Assembly: GCA_965205265.1 (NCBI GenBank)
Contig: CBDBGH010000003.1
Coordinates: 1,984,001-2,048,000 of the forward strand
Direction of reading: 5' to 3'
DNA: 64,000 bases
Source: Alphaproteobacteria bacterium
GTDB lineage: Bacteria > Pseudomonadota > Alphaproteobacteria > Bin95
The stretch's first letter is position 1. Each line of letters starts with the position of its first letter. The notes beneath the pieces were generated by a model. The model searched no databases and had not been told where the DNA came from. It was given only the letters and a program-made list of their open reading frames with translations. Made by a program: the position numbers and the translations under genes. Positions 54,540 through 62,814 of the stretch are shown piece by piece.

Positions 54540-55880
54540 ATGATACAGCAGGCCATCCGCAATGTTCCACTGACCGGGGCCGACCCGGTCTTCCCGACTC
54601 CCTACCGTATCGGCGAGGCGGGCGCGGTCGCCATCGCCGCCTCCGCGCAGGCCGCCGCCGACTTCTGGGAGCTGCGCACGGGCGAACGCCAGTCTGTGAC
54701 GGTGGACCGCCGCCATGCGGCCGCCGCCATGCGCTCCGCCACCTATCTGAAGATCGACGGCGCCGCGCCCGCCTCCTTGTGGGACCCCTTTTCAGGGACC
54801 TATCCGACCGGCGACGGGCGCCATGTCTTCCTGCACTGCAACTTCCCCCACCACCGCGACGGCATGCTGGCGCTGCTCGGCGCGAAGGCGGAGAAGGAGG
54901 CCTTCGCGCAAGCCGTCGCGGCGCGCGGCGGGCAGGAATTCGAAGACGCCATCGCCGCCGCCGGCCTCTGCGGCGCGATGACGCGCACACCGGAGGAATG
55001 GGCCGCTCACCCGCAGGGCCGGGCGCTTGCGGGCCTGCCGCCCGTTACCATCGGGCGCATCGGCGACGGGCCGAAGACCGCGCCGCGCGGCGGCGGCCGG
55101 CCGCTCGCGGGCATCCGCGTGCTGGACCTCACGCGCGTGCTGGCCGGGCCGACCTGCGGGCGCGCGCTCGCCGAGCACGGCGCGGACGTCATGCGCATCG
55201 CCGGGCCGCATCTGCCCTTCACGCCCGCACTCGTCATGGACACGGGCCACGGCAAGCTCTCCGCTTTCGTCGATCTCCGCGAGGAGCGCGGCCGGGCCCA
55301 GCTTCGCGCGCTCGCCGCCGAGGCCGATGTGTTCGTGCAGAGCTACCGGCCGGGCACCTTGGCGGCGCGCGGCTTCGGCCCCGGCGATATCGGCCCCGGC
55401 AAGGTCTATGTCTCGCTCTCGGCCTACGGCCATGAAGGGCCATTCGCCATGCGCCGGGGCTTCGACAGCATCGTGCAGAACGCCTCCGGCATGTCCACGG
55501 TGCAGGGCAGCAGGCAGGCGCCGCGCAACCTGCCCGTGCAGCCGCTCGACTATTGCGCCGGCTACCTCGCCGCCTGGGGCGTCGCGACGGCGCTGCTGCG
55601 CCGGGCGGAGGAAGGCGGGACCTGGCATGTGCAGCTTTCGCTCGCCGGCATGGCGGAATGGATCAAGGGCATGGGCCTCGTCGAGGACTGGCAGGACACG
55701 CCGGCGGACCTCGCGCCGGAGGAGCTTGCGGCGATCACGATGGAGAGCGACACCCCGCACGGCCGCCTCACCCATCTGGCTCCGATTGCGCAGATGTCGG
55801 CGACGCCGCCGCACTGGGCGCGGCCCTCCGTGCCGCTCGGCTCGCACGACCCCGTCTGGCCGGAGGCGCTCGCCGCATGA
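54540..55880 (+). CDS. Class III CoA-transferase (CaiB/BaiF, extended N-terminus)
   Basis: RVLDLTRVLAGP.CGR.LAEHGADV, DTGHGK, QSYRPG, RGFDS.VQ, LDY..GY. Confidence 0.9.
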   Translation: MIQQAIRNVPLTGADPVFPTPYRIGEAGAVAIAASAQAAADFWELRTGERQSVTVDRRHAAAAMRSATYLKIDGAAPASLWDPFSGTYPTGDGRHVFLHCNFPHHRDGMLALLGAKAEKEAFAQAVAARGGQEFEDAIAAAGLCGAMTRTPEEWAAHPQGRALAGLPPVTIGRIGDGPKTAPRGGGRPLAGIRVLDLTRVLAGPTCGRALAEHGADVMRIAGPHLPFTPALVMDTGHGKLSAFVDLREERGRAQLRALAAEADVFVQSYRPGTLAARGFGPGDIGPGKVYVSLSAYGHEGPFAMRRGFDSIVQNASGMSTVQGSRQAPRNLPVQPLDYCAGYLAAWGVATALLRRAEEGGTWHVQLSLAGMAEWIKGMGLVEDWQDTPADLAPEELAAITMESDTPHGRLTHLAPIAQMSATPPHWARPSVPLGSHDPVWPEALAA

Positions 55881-56632
55881 GCCGCCTGCCCCGCGGTCCC
55901 GGCGCCGCGATCCACTACGAGACGCACGGAGAGGGGCCGGCGGTCCTGCTCAGCCACGGCTTCGGGCTGACGGCGCGCATGTGGGCGGGCCAGGTGGAGG
56001 CGCTCGCGCCCGCCAACCGCCTCGTCCTCTGGGACCTGCGCGGGCACGGGCGCAGCGACTCGCCCGAAGACCCCGGCCTCTACGACCCGGAAGCCTGCGT
56101 GGCCGACATGGCCGCCCTGCTGGATGCGGAGGGAATCGAGCGGGCGGTCGTCGGCGGCCTCTCGCTCGGCGGCTACCTGTCGCTCGCCTTCCATCTCCGC
56201 CATCCCGAGCGCGTGCGGGCGCTGATGCTGTTCGACTGCGGCCCCGGCTTCCGCCGCGACGAGCCGCGCGAGGCCTGGAACGAGCGCACGCGCAAGCGAA
56301 GCGAGCGGATTGCGGCGGGCGATGCGCGGGCGCTCGCGGAGCTCGAGCCGGGCGGCCACCGCGACCTCGCCGGCGTCGCCCGCGCGGCGCGCTGGACGAT
56401 GCTTCACCATGACGGCAGCGTGCTCGAATCCCTGCCTTCGATCCGGGTGCCGGCGCTGGTGCTGGTCGGCGAGGAGGACGCGCCCTTCCGCGGGGCCGCC
56501 GACTACATGGCCCGGAAGATCCCGAACGCCGAACGGGTGGTGCTGCCGGACGCCGGCCACACGGCGAATCTCGACAATCCCGCGGCGTTCAACGCCGCCG
56601 TCTCCGCCTTCCTGGCGGGATTGCCTTCGTGA
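55877..56632 (+). CDS. Alpha/beta-fold hydrolase
   Basis: SHGF, DLRGHGRS, GLSLGG, VGEED, AGH. Confidence 0.92.
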   Translation: MSRLPRGPGAAIHYETHGEGPAVLLSHGFGLTARMWAGQVEALAPANRLVLWDLRGHGRSDSPEDPGLYDPEACVADMAALLDAEGIERAVVGGLSLGGYLSLAFHLRHPERVRALMLFDCGPGFRRDEPREAWNERTRKRSERIAAGDARALAELEPGGHRDLAGVARAARWTMLHHDGSVLESLPSIRVPALVLVGEEDAPFRGAADYMARKIPNAERVVLPDAGHTANLDNPAAFNAAVSAFLAGLPS

Positions 56633-57843
56633 GCGCGCCCGCCTACAGCCTTGCCCGCGATGCGCGGGTCATCGGCCTTGTGGCCGCCGGGCACACGATG
56701 AGCCACATGTTCGTCTTCCTGCTGCTGCCGCTCTCGGTGCGCATGCATGACGAACTCGGCTTCAGCTATCTCGAAGTCGGCATTCTGGCGGGCGCGTTCT
56801 CGGTCGGCGCCGCGGTCTGCCAGACGGGAATCGGCTTCGTCGTGGACCGCATCGGCGGGCGGACGCCGCTCATCCTGGGCGTCGCCGTGCTCTCCGGGGC
56901 CGTGATGGGCTTCGGGCTGGTGTCGTCCTTCTGGGCCATGCTGCCGCTCGCGGTCATCGGCGGCATCGCCAACTCCGTCTTCCACCCGGCCGACTACGCC
57001 ATCCTCTCGGCCTCGGTCGCCGAGCACCGCATGGGGCGCGCCTTCTCCATCCACGCGGTCGCCGGCAATACCGGCTGGATCCTGGCGCTGCTCGGTCCCG
57101 ACCTCGCCGATATCGTCGGCCTGAAGGGCGTCTTCCTCGTCGCGGGCGGCATCGGCATCGCCGTCTCCTTCGCGCTTCTGCTCCAGTCCCGGCATCTGGA
57201 GAGCGCCGACGGCAGGGCGCGGCGGCGCGAACAGGGCGGCTCGACCTCGGACGGCATCGCGCTTCTGCTGACCGTGCCGGTCATCCTGCTGTTCCTGTTC
57301 CAGATGTTCCACTCCATGTCGCTCGGCGGCATCCGCACCTTCGGGATTCCGGCGCTGCACGACCTGCGCGGCTTCGACGACACGGTCATCGCCAAGGCGC
57401 TGATCGCCTACATGGTGGCGGCCTCGGTCGGCAATCTCCTCGGTGGCTGGCTGGTGGACCGCACCGGCCGCCCGCAGCTCGTGTTCTTCGGCGCCATCGG
57501 CACGGTCTTCGTTGCGGTCAACATCATCGGCGCGGTTCCGCTGCCGCTCTACGGCATCGTTCCCCTGATGATGGTCTCGGGCGTCGCGCACGGCGCCATC
57601 ATGCCGACCCGCGACCTGCTGGTGCGCCGCATCTCGCCGCCGGGGCAGATGGGCAAGGTGTTCGGCTTCACCTCCACCGGCCTCTCCATCGGCGGCTTCA
57701 TGACGCCGATCCTGTTCGGCTGGGTGATGGACATGGGCGACCCGAGCTGGGTGTTCTTCGGCAGCGCGGCCGTCATGCTGCTCGCCGTCGCCACCTTCGT
57801 CGAAACCAACCGCAATGTCGGCCGAGCGAGGGCAACGGCATGA
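56629..57843 (+). CDS. MFS transporter (paralog of 30597-31799)
   Basis: GH..SH.F, G..VDRIG.R, NSVFHPADYA, RDLLVRR..PPG..G.VFGF. Confidence 0.92.
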   Translation: MSAPAYSLARDARVIGLVAAGHTMSHMFVFLLLPLSVRMHDELGFSYLEVGILAGAFSVGAAVCQTGIGFVVDRIGGRTPLILGVAVLSGAVMGFGLVSSFWAMLPLAVIGGIANSVFHPADYAILSASVAEHRMGRAFSIHAVAGNTGWILALLGPDLADIVGLKGVFLVAGGIGIAVSFALLLQSRHLESADGRARRREQGGSTSDGIALLLTVPVILLFLFQMFHSMSLGGIRTFGIPALHDLRGFDDTVIAKALIAYMVAASVGNLLGGWLVDRTGRPQLVFFGAIGTVFVAVNIIGAVPLPLYGIVPLMMVSGVAHGAIMPTRDLLVRRISPPGQMGKVFGFTSTGLSIGGFMTPILFGWVMDMGDPSWVFFGSAAVMLLAVATFVETNRNVGRARATA

Positions 57844-58721
57844 ACATGAAACAACTTCCCGCAGGCAACGAACTCTTCCTCGACCACGTCGGCTATTTCC
57901 TCGCCGACCTCGAAGGCGCGGCGGCGCGCTTCGGGCGGCTCGGCTTCACCGTCTCGCCGGTCAATATCCACTACAACAGCGCCGACGGCGAACTCGTGCG
58001 CTCGGGCACCGCCAACCGGCTCATCACCTTCGAGGCGGGCTATATCGAGGCGCTCGGCCAGGTCGCGGACACGCCGCTCGGGGCGGAACTCGCCGCGGGC
58101 GTCGCACGATACGAGGGCCTCCACCTGCTCGCGCTTGCGCATGAGCGGGTCGAGGAGCACGACACCGGCGGCACGGAGATGCGCCCCACCGTCTTCCTGC
58201 GCCGCCCGCTGGAGGACGGGCGCATCGTCCGGGCCACCGTCCGCCGGGCAACGGCCGAAGCCATGCCGGAAGGCCGCGTGCAACTGCTCACCCACGAGAC
58301 GCCGGACCTCATCTGGCTGCCGGGCATGGACCGCCACACCAACGCCGCCCGCGCGCTCACCGGCTACCTGCAGGTCGTCGCAGACCCGGAAGAGGCGGCC
58401 GAGCGCTACGCCCGCTTCGCAGGCCGCCCCGCGCGCAAGTCGGGACCGGTCTTCGAGATCGCGCTCGACCGCGGCCGCTTCGCGCTCGCGGGCCCGGATG
58501 CGCTCGGCGCGCTATTGCCGGACGAAACCCGTCCACCGCTGCCCTTCGCCGCCGCCGTCGGCATCGAGAGCGCAGACCTCGACCGCACGCGTTTCCTTCT
58601 TGCGAACGCGGGCATTACCATCCATGGGCGGCCGGACCGCCTGCTGGTCCCGCCTTCGGAGGGCCTGGGTGCCTGGATCGACTTCCACCGCCCCGGCGCC
58701 CCTCCGCTCTGGACCGCATGA
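57840..58721 (+). CDS. VOC/glyoxalase-like family protein (paralog of 18453-19259)
   Basis: LDHVG, RLGF, TANR...F..GYIE, PEGR...HETPD.IW.P...H.N.ARAL. Confidence 0.85.
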   Translation: MNMKQLPAGNELFLDHVGYFLADLEGAAARFGRLGFTVSPVNIHYNSADGELVRSGTANRLITFEAGYIEALGQVADTPLGAELAAGVARYEGLHLLALAHERVEEHDTGGTEMRPTVFLRRPLEDGRIVRATVRRATAEAMPEGRVQLLTHETPDLIWLPGMDRHTNAARALTGYLQVVADPEEAAERYARFAGRPARKSGPVFEIALDRGRFALAGPDALGALLPDETRPPLPFAAAVGIESADLDRTRFLLANAGITIHGRPDRLLVPPSEGLGAWIDFHRPGAPPLWTA

Positions 58722-58734
58722 CGGGATGATCCTT

Positions 58735-58800
58735 CGAATTTCATGAAATGAACAATTTCCGATATTTGTAAATTTTGTTCCCTATATAGCCTTAATATCT
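58735..58800. promoter_or_regulatory. AT-rich orphan promoter/operator-like patch
   Basis: Perfect palindrome ATTTCATGAAAT (58738-58749), GAACAA...TTGTTC, CCTATATA in an otherwise GC-rich background. Confidence 0.4.
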
Positions 58801-59102
58801 GGCGGATTGCGGTATGACGGTCGCCAAGGAAGCGGACTCCGGAGCCGCCTTCCCGGGTGCTGCGCGGCCGGGCGGCGCCGATTTCTGAAAACCCATGAGA
58901 AGCCGAAGGGACGTGCGCCCTGTGCCTCGCGCGCGAAAACGCCGGCGGGGGACGATGCGCTCGAAGCCGGTCGGCGCGGCGCGCGGGCCGTTCGGTTCGT
59001 CGAATTCGTGGAACGGGAGCCCGCTGGCGCGGTCGGGCGCGATGGTCCCCCGGTTCCGTCGCCATATGCGGCGGCAACACACCGGGCCCCGATGACCCTG
59101 CG

Positions 59103-60263
59103 TTACCGCTTCGATGACAATGCGGTTTCACGGACGATCCGCCGCACGGTCTCGGCCGCGCGGAGGCTGGGCCGCCCGCCGCCGCCGAGTTCGCCGGCCA
59201 GCTCCCGGAAGGCTGCCAATTGCGCCGCGCGCGCCTCTTCATCGACGAGCAGCGGCCGGAGCGCCCTTGCAAGCGGGCCCGGCCGGCAGTCCCCCTGGAT
59301 CAGTTCCGGCACGACGGGTCGGTCGAGCAGGATGTTGACGGGGCAGAACCGGCGGCGCCGGATCGCGAACCGGCCGATGAGCGCCGTGGCAGGGTTCAGC
59401 CGGTAGGCCGTCACCTGCGGCACGCCGGCGCGCGCGAGTTCGAGCGCAACCGTGCCGGACGCGCCCAGCGCCGCCCGGCTGGCCGCGAAGGCGCCCTGTT
59501 TTTCCTCCTCGCCGAGCGTGACCGCCGCCGGCCACGGCCAGCCCGCCACCGTGTCCCGCACCCGGTCTGCCACCGTGCCGACGGTCGGCACCGCCAGATG
59601 CAGGCCGGGAACATCCGCGGACAGGCGCTCCAGCACCTCCCGGAACACCGGCAGCAGCCGGCGCACCTCGCCCGCCCGGCTTCCCGGCAGCACCGCAAGC
59701 AGGGTGTCCTCCGGCGCAATGCCGTGCCGGGCCCGGAAGGCCGCGCCGTCGCCCGGCTCCGCCTCGACCAGCGAGTGGCCGACGAAGGTGGAGGCCAGGC
59801 CCTCGCGCTCGAACAGGGCGGGCTCGAACGGCCAGAGCGTCATCAGATGGTCGAAGAGCCCGGCCATGCGGCGCGCGCGGCCGGGCGCCCAGACCCAGAC
59901 CATCGGCGCGACATAGTGGATGCGCGCGGCCGGGCAGCCTGCCGCGATCAGGCGCCTTGCAAGGCCCTTGTTGAATCCGCCCGAATCGATGGTGACGACG
60001 GCGTCCGGCCGGAAACGCAGGATGTCGGCGGCCGTCTCGTCCATCCGGCGCAGCAGCCTGCGGGCGCGCGGCAGCACCTCGAAGAGGCCCATCACGGCGG
60101 TCTCCGCCTGCGGGAACAGGCTGGCGACGCCTTCCCCCGCCATGAGTTCGCCGCCGACGCCGGCCGCCTCCACCGGCCCGCCCTCGCGCAAGGCGCTCAG
60201 CAGCCGCGCGCCCAGCGCATCGCCCGACGGCTCGCCCGCGACGATATAGACGCGCAGGGTCAC
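59103..60263 (-). CDS. lpxB: Lipid-A-disaccharide synthase
   Basis: VAGEPSGD.LG, VMGL.EVL, HYVAP.VW.W..GR, FVGH, LPGSR..EV, SGT..LE. Confidence 0.95.
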   Translation of the reverse strand: MTLRVYIVAGEPSGDALGARLLSALREGGPVEAAGVGGELMAGEGVASLFPQAETAVMGLFEVLPRARRLLRRMDETAADILRFRPDAVVTIDSGGFNKGLARRLIAAGCPAARIHYVAPMVWVWAPGRARRMAGLFDHLMTLWPFEPALFEREGLASTFVGHSLVEAEPGDGAAFRARHGIAPEDTLLAVLPGSRAGEVRRLLPVFREVLERLSADVPGLHLAVPTVGTVADRVRDTVAGWPWPAAVTLGEEEKQGAFAASRAALGASGTVALELARAGVPQVTAYRLNPATALIGRFAIRRRRFCPVNILLDRPVVPELIQGDCRPGPLARALRPLLVDEEARAAQLAAFRELAGELGGGGRPSLRAAETVRRIVRETALSSKR

Positions 60264-60310
60264 GATGCCCGGCCGCCGGCGGAAGCGGGGGGCGCTTCCC
60301 GCGCCTCTTT

Positions 60311-60357
60311 CGTCACCCCGGCGGGAACGGAGCGAAGCGGAGCGGAGAGCCGGGGTC
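60311..60357. repeat. Second-type CGTC-tagged palindromic repeat
   Basis: cgtcaccccggc...ggagcgaagcggag...gccggggtc hairpin. Confidence 0.6.
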
Positions 60358-60384
60358 TCCTTCCGTCATGCCCGGAACGAGTCC

Positions 60385-60730
60385 ACGGCTGTCCGGTTCC
60401 ATCATTGGGCCGGGCCGGTCCGGAGTTTTTGGGCGCGCGCGGTGTCTCCGGTCCGCTTCCCTCCATCGTGTCCGAACAGCCTCCCCGCGCTGTGCCCGAA
60501 CGCCCTCCTCCGTCATGCCCGGACTTGTTCCGGGCATCTCTCTCAACCGTCTCTGCTGGGCGGCCGCATGGATGCCCGGAACAAGTCCGGGCATGACGAT
60601 ATGAGGGCATGACGATGAAGAGGGGCGGCGCGCCGGGCGTCGATCGGAGTCCCGATTCGACCGGACCCTTGGAAACCCGCTTGAATCCAGGCCATGCGTC
60701 CTGTCCGCAAAACCCAAACCGGACAGCAGT
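60385..60730 (-). mobile_element. MITE-like element, copy 2 (346 bp, inverted relative to copy 1)
   Basis: TIRs ACGGCTGTCCGGTT / AACCGGACAGCAGT; flanking direct repeat GGAACGAGTCC at 60374-60384 and 60731-60741 within a REP hairpin. Confidence 0.88.
60511..60598. repeat. CGTC REP doublet inside MITE copy 2 (32-nt spacer)
   Basis: Perfect 28-nt inverted pair. Confidence 0.92.
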
Positions 60731-60848
60731 GGAACGAGTCCGGGCATGACGAGAAGAGAATCCGGCCTCCTTCAAGCCCCTTTTCCCTGCCGGGCTGGAC
60801 GAAGCGGCGGGGCCATGCCCTAATGCCGCGTCGGCGGCGGGGAGGAAT

Positions 60849-61847
60849 ATGTCGGGTCTGGCGCGCATGGTGGGGCAGCGGCTGGCGCTCGGCGCGTTTA
60901 CGCTGCTCATCGTCAGCATGGTGATCTTCGCCGCCATCGAGGCGCTTCCCGGCGACTTCGCCCAGGCGATTCTGGGCCAGGGCGCAACGCCCGAGGCGGT
61001 CGCCGCCATCCGCGAGAGCCTCGGCATGGACCGCTCAGCGGTCGAACGCTATTTCGCATGGCTCGGCGGCGTGTTCAGCGGCGATTTCGGCGTCAGTTTC
61101 AGCCAGTTGAGCTTCCAGTCCCAATACGGGCGGACCGGCGAGCGCGATATCGTGACCGTCGCCGACCAGCTGGCGCCGCGCTTTGCGAACACCATCTTCC
61201 TTGCGGCCACGGCGGCGGCCGTGGCAGTGCCGCTGTCGCTTGCGCTCGGCATTCTGGCGGCGCTCTACCGGGGCTCGATCTTCGACCGGGCGGCGAATGT
61301 CGGCACGCTCACCTCCATCTCCAGCCCGGAATTCTTCGTCGCCTATATCCTGATCCTCTTCCTGGCGGCGGCGAACCCGATCTTCCCTTCGATCTCGAAG
61401 ATCCATGCCGATCTGGACTTCTGGGAACGGCTCTACCGCACCGTGCTGCCGGCGCTCACGCTCACGCTCGTCGTCACCGCCCACATGATGCGCATGACGC
61501 GCGTCGCGATCATCAACCTCATGGCCTCGCAATATATCGAGATGGCGCGCCTCAAGGGAGTCCCGCGCTGGCGGGTGATCGTGCGCCATGCGCTGCCCAA
61601 TGCGCTCGCCCCGATCATCAATGTCATCGCGCTCAACCTCGCCTACCTGGTTACCGGCGTGGTGGTGGTCGAGGTGGTGTTCGTCTATCCGGGCATCGGG
61701 CAGATGTTCGTCGATGCCGTGAAACTGCGCGACATGCCCACCGTGCAGGCCTGCTGCCTGGTCTTCGCCGCCGCCTATATCCTGCTCAACCTGCTGGCGG
61801 ACGTGCTGTCGGTGCTGACCAATCCGCGCCTCAGGCACCCGAAATAG
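60849..61847 (+). CDS. Peptide/nickel-type ABC transporter permease (DppB-like)
   Basis: LPGD.A..ILG, YIEMARLKG....VI.RHALPNA, VVEVVF.YPGIG. Confidence 0.93.
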   Translation: MSGLARMVGQRLALGAFTLLIVSMVIFAAIEALPGDFAQAILGQGATPEAVAAIRESLGMDRSAVERYFAWLGGVFSGDFGVSFSQLSFQSQYGRTGERDIVTVADQLAPRFANTIFLAATAAAVAVPLSLALGILAALYRGSIFDRAANVGTLTSISSPEFFVAYILILFLAAANPIFPSISKIHADLDFWERLYRTVLPALTLTLVVTAHMMRMTRVAIINLMASQYIEMARLKGVPRWRVIVRHALPNALAPIINVIALNLAYLVTGVVVVEVVFVYPGIGQMFVDAVKLRDMPTVQACCLVFAAAYILLNLLADVLSVLTNPRLRHPK

Positions 61848-61856
61848 GCGGGCGCG

Positions 61857-62795
61857 ATGGGGTTCCTCACCTATGTCGTCCTGCCGCTCGCGGTCCTGAC
61901 CGGGCTCGCCTGGACGGCCCGCGCCGGCTTCCGCGCCATCGCCGGCCCGTTCGGCGCCGTCTTCCGCGCCATGCCGTTGACCGCGGCTTTCGGGCTGACC
62001 GTGGTGCTGCTCTACGTGCTGGCGGCGCTGGCGGCGCCGGCGATTGCGCCCTATGGCGAGTCCCAGGTCTTCGACGAGTTCAACCTCTTCCCCGGCGAGA
62101 ACCCGGATTTCGTGCTCGGCACCGACCAGCTCGGCCGCGACCTGCTCACGCGCCTGCTTTACGGCGGGCGCAACACCATCGGCATCGCCTTCGTGACCAC
62201 GGCGCTCGCCTTCCTCATCGGCGCGACCTTCGGTTTCGTCGCCGCCGTGCTCGGCGGCTGGCTGGACCAGGCGGTTTCGCGCACGGTGGATGTGCTGATG
62301 GCGATTCCGCAGCTCATCTTCGCGCTGCTGCTGCTCACCATTTTCGGGCAGTCCACGATCAACATGATCCTGGTGATCGCCGTGCTGGATTCGACGCGCG
62401 TCTTCCGCCTCGCCCGCGCGGTCGGCGGCAATATCGTGGTGATGGACTATATCGAGGCCGCGAAGCTGCGCGGCGAGGGGCTCGGATACCTGATCTTCAA
62501 GGAAATCCTGCCGAATGCCGCCGCGCCCCTGCTGGCGGAGTTCGGGCTGCGCTTCTGCTTCGTGTTCCTGCTGATTGCGGCGCTGAGTTTCCTCGGCATC
62601 GGCATCCAGCCGCCGCTCGCGGACTGGGGCACGATGGTGCGCGAGCTTTCCATCTATATCGGCTATGCGGAATACGGCGACTGGCAGGCGGCGTCCCTGC
62701 CGCTGCTGCCGGCGGCGGCCATCGCGCTGCTCACGGTCGCGATCAACTTCACCGTGGACTGGATGCTCGACCGCTATTCGGGCCTGAAGAACTGA
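61857..62795 (+). CDS. Peptide/nickel-type ABC transporter permease (DppC-like)
   Basis: LGTDQLGRD.L.R, YIEAAKLRGE, LSFLG.GIQPP..DWG.M. Confidence 0.93.
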   Translation: MGFLTYVVLPLAVLTGLAWTARAGFRAIAGPFGAVFRAMPLTAAFGLTVVLLYVLAALAAPAIAPYGESQVFDEFNLFPGENPDFVLGTDQLGRDLLTRLLYGGRNTIGIAFVTTALAFLIGATFGFVAAVLGGWLDQAVSRTVDVLMAIPQLIFALLLLTIFGQSTINMILVIAVLDSTRVFRLARAVGGNIVVMDYIEAAKLRGEGLGYLIFKEILPNAAAPLLAEFGLRFCFVFLLIAALSFLGIGIQPPLADWGTMVRELSIYIGYAEYGDWQAASLPLLPAAAIALLTVAINFTVDWMLDRYSGLKN

Positions 62796-62814
62796 GACCG
62801 AGGAGACTGGAGCG

